64,000 nt of DNA from Protoeuglena noctilucae (Eukaryota): positions 620,001-684,000 of the forward strand of contig OY253683.1 in NCBI GenBank assembly GCA_958009085.1. The letters are read 5' to 3'. Made by a program: the position numbers and the translations under genes. The stretch's first letter is position 1. Every line of letters starts with the position of its first letter. Shown in pieces: positions 13,801 to 31,945 of this stretch. The notes below the pieces were generated by a model that saw nothing but the letters and a program-made list of their open reading frames with translations, ran no database searches and was not told the DNA's origin.

Positions 13801-16800
13801 GGACGATGTTGTAGCCCTTTAGATCGTCCCAGGGCTTGTGGTCCGGGCCGGGCGTGTAGGCGAGCGCAAACACGGCCCCCACGGCGCCGACCACGGGCTC
13901 GGGCGCCCCGGCGATGTTCTGCTGGTAGGACTGCCTCGAGAGCATCTGGTGGCACTCGGGCTGGGCGTTGTTCGTGCACATGGCGCAGGCCTGGTCGGAC
14001 GAGCGCCCCACGAAGAGAGAGTCCCTGACCTCGACCGTGTGGGCGTCCGTCATGGCGCCCCTCACGAGCGGGAGGAGCCCCACGTGCATGTGGTCCAGGA
14101 ACTTGAGGCCGACCAGCTTGAGGTCCGAGTCGATGCCGCGCATCGTGATGAGGCCAAAGTCCCAGTTGCGGTATGCCGTGAGGTCACGCACGTACACGCA
14201 GCCCGTGTAGCCGCGGTTGAGCACCACGCCCGCCAGGCTGCTGTGCACCACGTTGCCCCGCACGGTCTCTTTCCCGTCTGCCTCGTTGCAGTCGCCTCCT
14301 ACGGTGACGAGCGCAAGGAGAGCACGCTCTTTGCACTATTCACCACCCACGCCACCCACGCCATCCGCAGCTGAGCCTGTCGAGGCACACGCAGCGAGCG
14401 TCGACCAGACGCGCATGTCGCTGCTCGCTCACCGGCAATCCAGAACCCCGCGCGATCCGATCCCGCCGCCACGTTGTCCGTCACGACGTGCTGCCCCGGG
14501 AACTGGAGGTCGAAGGTGGCGGGGAGGTCGATGTCGAAGCCCGACTTGCCCGCCACCACCTTCTGGGTCCCGAGCGCCAGGTTGCGCTGCACCACGGCGC
14601 GGCGGGCCCCGTCCCGGACCACCAAGGTGCTCTGGTCGAAGCTGCCGAGAAGCACGTTGTCCTGCACTTGGATGCCCACGGCGCTGGCCTCGACGGACAG
14701 GCCGGCGTCCATCGCGTACAGCACCGAGGACCCGCGCAGGAAGGCCCGAGGGTTCTGGGGGTCTTCGTTCACGACGTCCAGGAACCGCACACACGGGCGC
14801 TCGAGGCCCGCCTGGCCGCAATACGACACGGTCAGGCCTGACAAGTGGGCCGTGCTCGTCTTCCCCGCCACGACGACCTGCGCCCCGTAGCGCTCGTACC
14901 CGAACACCGTCCGGGGGTCCTTCATTGGGAACTGCGTGCTGGCGTCCACGGAGCTGACCGTCACGCTGCTGGCCGACACGACCGCCACCTCCGCGGACAT
15001 GTCGACGGTCGTGGACCCAAACGTGACCTTCCTGGCCTCGTGGCGGTACTGCAGGCCCAGCTTGAAGGTGCCGGCCGTCCCAAACACCTTCAGCTGCGTG
15101 CCGGCGCTCGTCTGCACGACGTCCGAGATGCTGGCACGCTCCCACTGGTTGCCGTTGTATGAGGTCGAGGTGATGATGATGTCGTCGCCCACGACCCAGC
15201 CCGTCACCGTCTCGGCCAGCTGGATGGTCGTCGGCTGGTAGGTGTCCGGGTTGGCCTCCACCGTGGCGCCCAGCTTGACCCAGCGCTTGGCGGCATGGCG
15301 CCCGTAGATGCTGATGGTGCCGCCCTCGGTTGCCGCCAGGAACTGCGGAAAGCGAGAGGAGCGTGCTTTAAGCAGGGCAGGCGAGTGGGTCAAGAATGAC
15401 AAGCCTGGTCCCACACGCGCGCACCTTGTCTCCGATGACGACGTCGTTGGTGATGGCGTATGAGCTGATGTTGTTCCGCGACCCGTACAGCAGTACCTGC
15501 GCTCTCCCTGGGTACGGCGCATCCGCGGTGCCGATGGTCAGGACTCCCGTGAAGCGCACCAGCACCCGGCTGGCGACCAGCTGCCGATTCCCGCCGTCAA
15601 AGGTGAGCTTCCCCTCGATGGTGACCTTGCCCAGCTTGGCCGTGTTGATGTCCAACACCATGTCCCACCCGTTCGGGATGACCACGTCGTCCCCCGCCTT
15701 GGGCACGTAGCCGTGCGGCCACACGGTGGGGTCCGACCACCGCAGCTTCCCGGCCCGGAAGTCCGCGGGGGCGGCCGGCTGGTTCGCGCACCCGCTCTCG
15801 GGGCACGCGCGGGCCTGCACCAGGAGAGAACCGCCCTGGTCGCCCGTCACCAGCATCCAGTGCTCTGTGCTGCCCCCCGCGTCGCGCGTGGTGTCGTAGT
15901 ATTGGCTCCCGTAGGACAGCGGCGGCTGGGCCAGGGGGTCGGGCATCTCGGGGAGCCGGGGCGCCCCGTCGTAGCCGTTCACGTTGAAGTGGTCGAGGAC
16001 ATCGGCATGCATGGTGACCACGCGCACCCATGCGGCCGTCCCCAGCTCGTCGACGTGGTGCAGCTGGTACTGCACCGGGTCGACGCGGGCGGGCGTGGCC
16101 CAGGAGAGCTCGTAGTCCCGGCCAGCCACGATGGTGAACTGGTACCCCGAGGCGTTGTAGTCGGAGAACTCAACCGCGCTCGTCAGCCCCGTCTGCACGT
16201 CCTGCACCACCAAATTCTCGTAAAAGAGCGACGCAGGCAAGTGGCTGTTGAGCATGAAGCGGCGGAAGACGAGGTCGGCCTTGCAGATGCGGCCGTCGAA
16301 GTAGCGCCAGCACTCGTCCTCCCGCATCATGCCGTTGTCGGCGTGCAGCGTCATGCCCGCCATCCCCAAGAAGCTGCCGTCCGTGTCGAGGAAGATGCCC
16401 TGGTGCGGCCACACCCAGTCCTTTGCCAGCACGGTGGCGAGGCCCGGGGTGGGCGTGGGGCCAGGCGTGGGCGTCGGCCCTGGCCCCGCGAGGAGGGCGT
16501 CGCCGGCGCTGACGTCGTAGGGCAGAGCTGCCGGGGGCACGAACGTGGTGCGGGCGAGCGCGGTGTGGAAGCCCCCCTGCCTGCTCTTGCACTTGCCGCA
16601 GTGCTCGAGCGCGTGGAAGGAATTGCTGGCGCCGGGGGCCGTGCCCGTGAACCCGTACCACGTCACGTTGGCGACGGACATGAGCGACCGGAAGTCGGGG
16701 GCCTCCATCGAGTTGGCGATGAGGCCGCGGATGCCGCGGGAGGAGTAGGTGGCGTCGATGGGGTCCACCCCCTCGGCCGCCGACCCTATCGACCCGGCCA

Positions 16801-19800
16801 GCGTGCGCGCCACGATGGTCGCTCCGTCGACGCCCGGCATGTCCTCCAGCGCCGTCGTCGTCCGGTTGCGGTAGTCGATGGTCCACGTGATCTCCATGCC
16901 CCCTCCGTCGTCCTTCCCGTTGACCAGGTGCGCCTTCGGCCCCCACCCGTTGTCGAATATCGTGAAGTCCAGGAACCGGATGAGCCCTATTTGCGTCGCG
17001 ACCGAGCCCTTCATCCCGTTCTTGTACCCGCGGTAGTCCCTCAGCATCGCGGGGACTTTGGTCTTGCTGACCTTCTGCCCCGTAGTGCTGCAGGGGTTGA
17101 CCTCGGGGAACCACTCGGGGTGGATGCGCAGGCCGTAGAAGATGTTCGAGTGGCTGCTGTTACCCTCGAAGGCCCCCAGGGACATGAACTTGGGGCACAC
17201 GGACGTCGTGAAGCTGGGGCCAGACGGGTGGTCGTCGAGCCGGAACCAAAACCCGTACGCCATGCTCCCTCCCGCCGCATTGTTGTAGTAAAAGTTGTAG
17301 GAATTTGTTATCCAAAAAGTGGCGGGGGTGGTGTCCGTGTTGAGGAGCGAGAAGCTCTGCCTCGTGTAAATCCCCAGGTTGTGCTCTGCAGGGGTTCAGA
17401 GAGTGGGCCTAGAGCTCAGCACGATGGCACCCACGTGCCACCCATCTGGCACTGCGGTTGACCTATATGAACAAACATCACTCAGTGCAGGCGGCAGTGG
17501 GCCTCACCGAAGGTGTTGGACACCTCCACGCCGTCCTCCAAGAAATACGTGTGGCCCATGACATTGAACGCGACGTTGTTCGACACGTAGACGCCGTGCG
17601 TGCCGTGGACGGTGACGGCGCGGTTGTACGTGTGGTGGATGGCGTTGTCCTCGATGAAGGACAGCGTGTCGCCTTGCAGGTGGAAATGGATGGGATACCG
17701 ACCCAGGCGAAAGGCCTGGCCCGCGTTCCGCACCTCGACCCCCTTAATCACCACGTTGCTCTTGGGCATGCCATCGACCACCACGTTGTACCGCCCGTGG
17801 ATGCCGTAGCGCTGCTCCCACTCCGCGGGGTTAGCCGCGTGCGCCAGCATGTCGCCGAAGTTGTAGTGCGAGTGGATGGTGATCACGGCGCCGTACAGCG
17901 TGCGGGCCGAGTCCTCGTCACCCTGCACGACGACGTTACGCGTGAAGTTGCCGACCTCCGCACGCATGTCGAGCTGGCTGCCGTTGTGCCCAAAGTACCC
18001 CCGCGGCGTGGGACTCAGCGCCTCCCCCGTGGCGGCGTCCACCACGATGCCCAGGTGCGTGAACTGCAGGGGCGCCTGCAGCTCCACGCGCGAGTAGGGC
18101 CCCGAGGGGTCGTCCGCCACCACCGTCACCGACGCCACGGTGCACTCGTCGTACTCGTACGGCAGCACGGAGGAAGACGCCACGACGACCATGTCGTCCG
18201 CATCCCACCCCACAGCACCATCCACGACCAGGTAGGACTGCCCCGGGCGGGCCGTCTCGATCAGCCGGGTCCACGTCGGCGTCTTGGGCGCCCCCACCAG
18301 CGACAGGGTGCCTGATCGCACCGCAATCGACTTGGCGCCATAGTCGGGCAACTCCTGCGAGTCGGGCGTCCCGTGCATCGTCACGGTGGCGCGCCCCAGG
18401 AAGGGCTCGTCCTCCGTGCCGATCGTGAGGTTGCCGCCGTTGAGCAGCACGTGCGTGGCGTCCAAGGATAGCTCGGCGGCCGTTGGGTCGAAGGTGAGGT
18501 TGCCCTGCAGCAGCACCGCACCCAGGACTGGCGTGGACACGTCCAGAAGCACGTTGTACCCCTGGGGGATGAAGACACTGTCGCCCTCCTTGGGCGGATC
18601 CTGCCCGCCCCACGTGCTGGGCCGGCTCCACAAGTCGACATACTCGAATGCGACCTGGCTTGACGGGTCCGTGAGAGCCAGGCCCTGCCCCGGCACATGC
18701 ACCTGAACGGTCAGCTTACCCCGCGGCTTGGGCCTCGGGTCGCCCGTCACGCACGTGACGACGCCGTCGGTGTCCCCCGGCTGGATGTCCGTGCAGGGGG
18801 TGTCGCCGATCAGCACCGCGTCGGCGCCGCTGATGCCGGACCCCGTGAGAGTCACGAGCGTGCCCCCCTCGGAGCTGCCCCGGGAGGGCTCGATGGATGT
18901 AAGGCGAGGCGTGGCTGAATCTGTCACCGAATAGACCGCCCCCTGTCCCGCCACCTCGACGGCTTGGAAGGCACCCAGGGCGCTGGTCCTGAGTGAGACG
19001 GTGTAGTCACCGAAGCTCTCCGCGGGGTCAGTCGTGCACGTGATGGTCGTTTCAGTAACGGCAGTGACGGCGCAGGCAAAGGGGGACGGCGTGGGTGCGG
19101 GTGTGGAGGCGGCCCCGGGGGCTGCTGTGGGAGTCGGGGTAGATGCACTGCCGGTGGCAGTGGGAGTCGTCGGAGTGGAGGTGGGAGTCGAGGTGGCTAC
19201 CGGGTTCAGCATCACGGCGACCGCGCTGACGTCGCCCGCAATCCACCCCGTCCCCGTCTCGACGATCTCGTTGCCCCCCGCCAGAGACCCGGCCAAGCTA
19301 GGCCCCACACTCGTCACGGATAGCGGCACCGTGACGGCCAGGGCGTTACTGAGGCCGATGGGGGCGTAGGACACACGTAGGTCGAAAGACCCGGCCGGGA
19401 GCGCAGGGTACGTGAAGGAAAGCACGTACTGCTCTTGCCCGCCCACCGTCTCTGAGGCGATGGAGACCCCCGATGCCTCGAACGGCGCCTGCGTCGACCA
19501 CAGCGCCGCGCGGCCTGAGTCCGTGGCCTCCACAAACACGACGCCGTAGTTCGAGGAGGTGAGGATGGTGCTGGGGTCCGTCACGGCAGGCGGGGGCGTG
19601 AGGACGACCTTCATGGTTGTGGGTGACGAGGAGGTGAGGGTGAGGGGCGAGTCGGGGTGGCTCGCGATGACGGGGGTGTGCGGGCCGTCCCACGTGAACA
19701 TCGCCGCCCCGCTCGTCGCGTGGAGGGCGGTTGAGCCAGCCGCGTTGCTGATGGCGACCGTGGCGGGGGCGGCAGACACCCTGCCACTTTGCGGGCCCAG

Positions 19801-22800
19801 GTAGCACTTGAGCTGCGTGAAGGTGACCGTCCATGGATCGACGGCGCACGGAACCGCACCAAACGTCACTGCTGCGTCGCCCGCGCTGTTGCTGTCTGGG
19901 AATCCGAACCCAGTCAGCGTGACCCAGACACCGTAGAGGGACCCGTGGTTGGGGCTGATGCTCGTAACCACCAGCTGCGTGGAGATGGAAGTCGCGTTGG
20001 CCAGCCCCTCCCCCGCCACATCCACCGTCACTGCAAAGACGCCCGCGGGCAGCGGCGGGGGCGCGCAAACCAGCTGCGTGTCCGAGCTGCTCGCGGCGTC
20101 CAACGCGCAGGGCTTCCCGCCCACCGTGACGGTCACGGCGCAGTTGGCGCAGTCGCCAGGCACGCTGAGCCCGCGCCCCACCAGCACCACCACATCCGTG
20201 GCCGACCCCAGGCCCCCGGCCCTGGCCGCCGCCTGCACCTGCGCGGGGTCCGCCAGCTGATCGGCCGTGAAGGTCCCTGCCAGGACCGCCGCAACGTCAG
20301 GAGTCTCCGTGGCGCTGTACACCGCTGCTGCCGTGGCGCCCGCCGCGCTCTGCGCCAGTCGCCGCGCGTGCGCCCGGGCGTTCCATGCGTCCGTCTCAGC
20401 GGCCAGAGCGCTGGGGAACGCCTGGGCCGCCACGTCGAACGCGGCGGAGGCGCCCCCGGACGTGACATACACCGCCGTGGGCCACCCCGGCGCCACCGCC
20501 GTCAGGTGCGTGGGCGGGATGTCCGCGAGGGCCGTGCCCGCCGGCGTCTGCCACCGCGCCCGCATGCTGGCCAGCCCCGTGCGCTCCTGGTACTGCACGT
20601 CCACCCGCACAAACGCGGGCATTGGCGTCGTGTAGCTGAACTGGTTGCTCCCGGCCGCCTTGTCGCCCGTGCGGTACTGGAGCGCCCCGTCAAACGTCAC
20701 GCTGCAGAGGTCGTCGCAGTCGAAGCGGAACAGGTACTCGCCCTCCTGGTCCAGGTACACGTACGTGGACAGCAGCCCCGCAAAGTAGTCCACCTGGTTG
20801 ATGGGAGAGCCCGAGCCCCAGTTCAGGCTGAGGGACGCCTCGGCGGTGACCAGGCCGGCCGCGACGGTCGACAGGTCGGCAAAGTCCGTCAGGCCCCACT
20901 CGAGTGGATAATACGACGCCACCACCACGCCCGCGGCCGCGCCAGTCCTGCACTCGAGCTCCGCGGCCGTCACGGCTGTCACGGGGCACGGGATGGGGCC
21001 AATGAAGACGGCATTGTCGGCAGTCGCAGGGGCGAACCCCGCGCCCGCGCCGCTCACGTCCGCCGTGAGCTTGAGGCGCAGGCCCCCGTGCATGGACCCG
21101 ACCGGCGCCAGGGAGCCCGTGTCGGTCTCCGCCACCGCCGTCACCACCGTCTGCACCTCGAGGGCAAGCCCGCTGCCCTCGTCGCCCATCACGGCCATCT
21201 CCCCGCTCGCCGTGTACACGACGACGGGGTGCGTGCCAGGCGGCAGCTGCGGCGGCACGCAGACGAGCTGGGCCGAGCTCGTTCTGGCGGCGTCGACCGC
21301 GCACGGCTGCCCGCCCAAGGTGACGGTGTTGTCGGCGCCAAACCCCGTCCCCGTGAGGGTGATGGCGGTGTCTCTCGGTGGGGCGATGGACGGGGTCGCC
21401 AGCGCCTGGGCATAGATGGTGCCGCTTTGGACGTAGGCGAAGGAGCAGTCAGCATCGGAACCCACGCACACCGACCGCGGCGTCTGGTCGGCGCCCCAGC
21501 ACTGTCGGCGGCTGAGGTCTGACAGCCCCGACGCGCACGTGACGATTTCCACGGCCCCCGGGTTCGTGGGCAAGTGCACGCAGTTACGCGCCGTGGCGTC
21601 GGTGGGGGAGGCGTCGGCCGCGCAGTGCGCCCTGCGTGCGAGGGAGCACTCAGCATATCAGCATAGAGATGCGGCGCGAGCTCGGGAAGCCGTGCTAGCG
21701 CCCCAGCATCCACTCGCACCGCGTCAGGCAGACGAGCTGCGTGAACGACGACTCGGCCTCCACCAGGTCACACTCGACCTCGCCCGACGGGAAAGTGGTC
21801 GATACGGGCACGCGCACCATCACGACGCTGGTGAGGCCGTCCGCGCTGGCGCCATTCACCGCAAAGCCCCACCCGCTGACGGTGACCTTGGTCAGCCCCG
21901 CAAGCGTCCCCGTGGCAGGCGTGACGGACGACACCTCAATGGCAACATGCACCGTCTGAGCCGCCCTCACGACCACCGCGCCGGTACCAGAAGCCACCGT
22001 CACTTCCAGGGAATACGTCCCGACCATCATGGCCGGAGCGGGCAGGGTGAGCGTGAAGGTGCCATTCCCGTTGTCCGCCGACCCCGTGATGGTCAGGTCA
22101 TAAGCGGGCACGTCCGCGGGGCTCCCGGCGACAGGGACGAGGCGCGGAGATGAGATGGCGTCCGCCGACGACGCGTCGGCGACCGTGGCGGTGAGCGTCG
22201 TGGGCGCGCCCGGGAGCGTGGGCGAGGAGCGGCCCGCTGAGAGGTCCGTGGCTGACCCCGAGGCCGCCGTCAGGGCTATGCCGGTGACGGGCCCCACCGA
22301 CGGCTGCGCGGTCGAGGCCGACAGCTGTGCGGGGAACGTCTCCGTCTGCGACCACCCCAGCAACCGCCGACGCGTCTCGAAGCCCAGCATGGGGTCCGCG
22401 GACGCGTCTGTGCCAGTCATGGTGACGGCCAGGTTATAGATGGACCCGTCCTGCAGCGCCGTTCCGTCCATGAAGCACGTGAGCGTGGTGGCCGTGCAGG
22501 CCTCGACCGCGCACACTGCCACGGCGTGCGACGAGGTCGGGTCGACGGCCGTGATGGTGTGGGCGGCGCAGTCAGCGGCGTTGAAGCCCGAGCCCGTCAA
22601 CACGAGCCGGGTGAGGGACGCCGGCGAGACGGCCACGGGGGCGAAGGACGTCAGTTGAAGGACGGACAGGGTCAGAGTGGCAGAGGCGGGGTTGGAGAGC
22701 CGCGCGTCGCCCAGGGATGCGACGCCCAGGCGCACGACATGCAGACCGGCGGCGCCTCCGGACCCCACCGTGCACACCACTTGCGCATCCGACACCTGCG

Positions 22801-25800
22801 TCGGCACGCAAGCAGCCCCGCCGATGTCGACGCGCACTGCGGCGGTGTCTGCCCCGAAGCGGGAACCCGTGAGGGTGATGGTGTCGCCGGCGACCACCGA
22901 GGTGGTGCCGTCCGCCTTGGCGGCCGTGTCGACGACCGGGGTGGCCGCGGCCGAGGGCCAGAAGGAACAGTTGACGCCGTCAAGGCATGGCCGGGCGCGG
23001 GCGTGGTCCACCACGATCGACACGGTGTTGGGAGAGGCGGACGGAGCGCGGAGGAACTCCTGCGGGATGGGTCTGTGGAGCAAGGAACGGCGAGGGTGCA
23101 TGACAGAAGGACCTGGCAGCTGCCGGAGTGGCACTGTCCCTCGTGGCAGTCAGCAGGTTACTCGCCTGAACAGCGCGGCCTTGTCAAACACCGCCGTGGC
23201 AGAGGCGGTGACCGTCGCGTTCTCTCCCGTCAGCCCCCTCGGATCGACAGCAGGCGCGTCCAGCGCACGCGGCACCAGCACCGGGTCGAGGGTGATCGTG
23301 TACGTAAACCCCGTTCTGGCGCTGCCAGAGAGGGTGGTAACGGAGGCGGCACCGCCCGCGAAGGCCGGGATGCCGGCGTTGAGGAGGTCGGCCAGGGATC
23401 CGGGGCTGGCCGTGGCGGGGACGACGACCTGCGCCCCACCATAGCTGAGGGTGAACTGGCCGCCGAGCGGGGCCGAGTTGGGTGTCATGGTTGGGTCGGG
23501 CGTGGCCACGCCTGTTCCAGTGGTGCAGTCGGGTGACAGGGTAGTGCCTGCCAGCTGCGCGGCGATGTCTGCGTTGGTCGGGTCGAACTCCACTTGCCAC
23601 TGTTTCCCCGTCGCGGCGCCGCTCGCGTCCTTGGGAACGGTGATCGACACACTGGGGGAAACCGGGGACAGAGAGGGTCAAAGACAACATGGCCTTGCAA
23701 CCGAGCAAGATTCGTTAGGCCCATAGAGCACGCTCACTTGACGACGTTGACGCCCGACCACGTCTTGATAGCCGCCGCCATGTCGCTGGTGCTCGCCGCG
23801 ACATCGAACTGGGCAGCGACGAACATGTTGATGCCCTCGTTCACCACGCACACGTTTCCAGCCAGACTGGTGCCCGTGACCACGATCGTCAGCTTGGCTC
23901 CAAAGTAGTCGGCGCTGACGGCCACCTGGTGCACGTTCGGCTGGCTGTTGGCGACTGCCTCGGCGCTCGGCATCCGCACCCCCACTTGGCCGAGGTCGCC
24001 CCCGCCGCCCTGCTGGTACACCAGGTCCAGCAGCACAGCCTCGCCCGCGGATGACGAGACCGGCGCCGACGCCTGCGACGGGTACTTGTCCCACTGGTTC
24101 CAGCTCGTCCAGCAAGGGACGGTCGCCACGGGGTCTGGCGCGTACGCCCACCCTCCCTGGGCGGCAGCGTCGGCGCGGGCCAGGTACAGCGCCCCGGAGT
24201 CGTCCGTCGATGCGAAGAAGGTGGAGTCGCCAGCGACGGGGGCCACGAAGAAGGACCGCAGCCGAGCCGCATAGTTGGTCTGCCCTGCCGTGAAGGCGAA
24301 GGCCCCGGGACGCACGCCGGACTGGGACACGTCCGGAGACGCAGCGCCCGAGCGGATGGCGGCGAAGTCGCCCGGGCCCTTCTGCATGTGTTTGTGGAGG
24401 GACATGTCGTGAGTGTGGCTCACAGTTAACATAGCGGGCGGCCGCAGTTCACGCTACGCTCTCACCCCTGGGTATATTTCGACCAGGACGCCCTGCCCGC
24501 CCGGGTGGTACCCGTCCATAGCCACGTCTTGGGCAGCGTCTGCCAGACTCGGCGTCAGGCACACCACTTGGGTGTAAGAGGTGGACTGAGGGGCGCAGGT
24601 ACGTCCCCCGATGCGCACGTCGAGCATGGAGAGCGCCTGGGGGTCCAGCAAGGGGTCAGGGAACCCCTGCCCGGTGATGGTGAGCAGCGTGGAGCCGGTC
24701 AGCGACCCCGTGTGGGGACTCAGGGCGTCCACCTGGGGCGCCACCGCCAGGAGATAGGGCCGCGAGTCCGCCGTGTAGTATGCCTGGGACAGGTCCAGCT
24801 GCGTGGCGCCCATGCCGCCCTGGCTGCCCACGAACACCGCCGAGACGTCCTTGGCCCCTGCCGGCATCGCGTTGGCCACGCCCTCTGGGCCCGCGTTGCC
24901 TGGACCAATGCCGCCGGGGAGGTCACAGATGACGAAATAGTCGTTGCTGCGACCAAGTGGGTTTAAATTGGGTACCTCTAGCGCATGCACAGGTGGTGCC
25001 AGTCCTGTGCCACCCGCATGCTCACCCGTCAATGCCCATGTTGGCCGGGCCGCCTGCGCCGCCCCCGTCCGGCAGAGAGCACACGAGGCCCCCGACCGTG
25101 ACGACGGAGACCTGGTCAGTGGACGTGAGGGTCAGGCTGCCATCGGCACGGCTTCCGCGCAGAGTGATGGCGTCTCCCGGGTGTGCCACGGCCGGCTCGA
25201 CCGACGAGAGCGTGGGGGTGCGGGAGGGCGAGTAGGTGAAGGACTTGAGGACGGCTGCAGGGACAGGCGCACGTGCATGCAAACGTGAGGGTGGACACAA
25301 GGAAAGGTGGTCCTCAGCCTCGAGTCCGTGAGCATGCGCTGGGGGCAGAGGGCGGACCCAACATGTTGCGCAGACTCACCAGCGTTTTGTGTGTCGCCGT
25401 TCACGACCACCGCGATGGGATAATTACCAGGGACTTGCGCAGGGGTCGTATCGCAGACGATCTGTTGCGGATTGCAGTAGAAGTCGATGACCTTGCACGG
25501 GTACGGACCGATGGTGACCTGATTCGAGCTCATATACGAATCGCCCTCGAAGTTATCGCCCGAAATGGTCAACCTGCAGGCCAACGTTGCTTTTAGACGC
25601 GCTGTGAGCACGATATGGCCCGGGTGTCTCGCGATGGGGCCTGCGCCAGCTGGCTGGCAACTTGGGGGCGCCCCCGTCGGCCCAGATGGGGCGATCCCTC
25701 GCACCTGGTGCCTCCCGCCATCGACCCCTGTAGATCGGAGACGCTGTAGATGACCGGCATCGCCTGCCCATGCGCCGTCGGCGCAAGCGAGCCCACCGCA

Positions 25801-25850
25801 AGTAGCGCCGCGGCCCATCCTAGGCCTCCGACGGCCAGCGCTCTCCGCAT
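10840..25850 (-). CDS. PKHD1L1: Fibrocystin-L (PKHD1L1/PKHD1)-like giant type-I membrane protein, estimated ~4,500 aa: signal peptide, many IPT/TIG repeats, two PA14-like domains, two G8 domains each followed by parallel beta-helix repeats, TM helix, cytoplasmic tail
   Basis: Signal peptide MRRALAVGGLGWAAALLAVGSLAPTAHG. IPT motifs (SIEPSRGSSEGGTLVTLTGSG). G8 starts YVDLWSRPSTWGG..P.EGDSVFIP and LRWSDPTVWPHGYVPKAGDDVVIP. AGQAFRLGRYPIHFH, HHTYNRAVTVHGTH, MDHGWCFAYTCQKRLSTF. TM near 11820-11890. Last exons 11399-11248 and 11154-10840 join in frame. Confidence 0.88.
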
Positions 25851-26312
25851 CCCAGCCCGCTCCTATGGATTGCGTCTACAAATATAGTCAGCTGGATAGT
25901 CAGATGGTCTGCTGTGATTCACGCTCGGATGCAAGGCGCGCATCAGAACACCTTTCTGAGCGCCGCTCTTTTAGCGAAGTTTAGGCCCGTTACGAGCAAA
26001 GCTGCCCTTGAGATAGCAAGAAAGCAACAGCAAACAACCGGTTGAAGGCCCCGCACGCCATGCATCGGCCGATGAGCCGGCCTGGGGCGCAGGAGGAGGG
26101 CTGCCCCTCGCCAGACCCCACGGAAGCGTGCCACGTGGCAACAGCAGCACGTTCGTCGCCCGCCGCCGCCCCGCGCCGGTTACCAGCACCCTGGCGTCTG
26201 CATCTTGTCGGCACCACGTCGATGGCAGGCTTTCTCACTCCCGTGCACACACTCCGCAGCCCCGTGCACACATCGATGCGTGCTCCCGGAAAGCACGCGA
26301 AACGCCCAGACC

Positions 26313-27123
26313 TCAGCCCTGCCCAGCCAGGCTCTCGACGATGTGGACGATCTTCTGCGACCAGGGCCAGGCACGGTGCGCAGCTCGCAGGACCAGGAAC
26401 GCGCCGTCACGTGCACTGCCTGGGCCTCACCCGCTTGCTTGCCTCCAACAAGTCTTCCATGTCCAAGCCCCGCTCCTCCACGTTCGACAGGCAAACGTAG
26501 GCCTCAACAACCTTGGTAGGCCTCAGGTTGAGGACCTGCAACACCTCTAGCTTGGTGAGGCCCAGCGCGACGAGCTGGTCCCGGGCGGCCGGAAGGCGCG
26601 CCATGGCCTCCGGCCCGGCATCCACACCCCTCCTGCGCACCGAAAAGGTCTGCAGTGAAACCACATCTCGAACGCCACACACGCCCTCACAAGCTAGAGG
26701 AAACGATCCCATGGAGCGCGGCCCTCACTTTTCAAGGTACTCGGCCACCTGCCGCTCGATGGGAGACGCCCGACTGCCTTCTTTCAGCGTGTTCACTGCG
26801 CCCCTGCGCGAATGGGGCGGATGATTATTTTGCTGCGCGGCTTTCTGCGTGCAACTCACGGCTAACCGTGGCTCGTGCGGCGGCGCAGTCGGATTGGCTT
26901 CACGCACATACCTGTCCTTCAACAGCTCCAACACCTCCGCGTCGGTGAGAAGGAACGCCTCCTTGCCCAGCCTGCAGCGTGCAGAGGACGGATTCAGCTG
27001 TGTGCCGAGCTGAACGCCGAGACGCGGTGAGCCATGACCTGCCGCAGGTCCCCAGGAAAATGTCAGCGGCGCTGCCGGGTGTTCAGAAAGACGCGCACCC
27101 GCCGCATGCACTCACGGTTTCAT
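26313..27123 (-). CDS. RPC17: RNA polymerase III subunit C17 (RPC9/CRCP, Rpb4 family)
   Basis: Spliced MKP|LGKEAFLLTDAEVLELLKD...PIERQVAEYLEK...LTKLEVLQVLNLRPTKVVEAYVCLSNVEER...KIVHIVESLAGQG*; the LTK.E.LQ..NLRP motif is typical of C17. Confidence 0.85.
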
Positions 27124-27480
27124 CGTGGAACTCCTCCGCTCATGGGACGGCTCACCCCGGCGGGGCAGGCCATGGGGAACACCAGGAGGGAGCCCCGAAG
27201 AAGTGGAGGCGCACGCCCAGGGGTGAAAATCCGAAGCAACGTGAGACTTGCGCTCGACACCGGGGTCTCTACCCAGCCCAAGCCGCCAAGGCTTCTACAG
27301 CGGGCCGCGGGCCCTGCGTTGCATGTTGTCAGGTCGACTGCTTGCCGTGACCGGCACTCCGTGTCGAGAAGCCTTCTTAGATTGACGCACCCGGCATGCG
27401 ATGCCTGCGTGAGGGCTCCGGGCCCTGCCGATGGCGTGCGTGGTGGTCCCCATGTGAGCAACAGCATTTCATGTGACGAG

Positions 27481-31643
<4,163 letters not shown>

Positions 31644-31945
31644 CACGTGTGCGCTCGCTTCCACAGCGTGTAGCCTAGCGTGTAAGCTAGGCTGCATGGG
31701 CTGACTGTTACCGTGCACCCAGACAACTGCTGACTTGTCCGGAGATGTTGGTTTGTCTGTGGCCCACAACCCTATGCTAGCTCGCCGTGTTTTTCCTTGA
31801 TTCATGACCATCTCCCGCCTATGGCCCGTTGAGCGCCGCGGCCTTTTAGATTGTTCGCCAACGAAAGTTTGCTTTTCCATTCGTTCAAGTTACCCGACCG
31901 TGATGGACGCATCGCGAAGTGTCGCGCGATCAAGACCAGATGTGA

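Noticed and set aside
11487..23536. Long plus-strand ORFs (e.g. 15713-17461, 19789-21522)
   Set aside because: Antisense shadows of a GC-rich CDS with no recognisable motifs.
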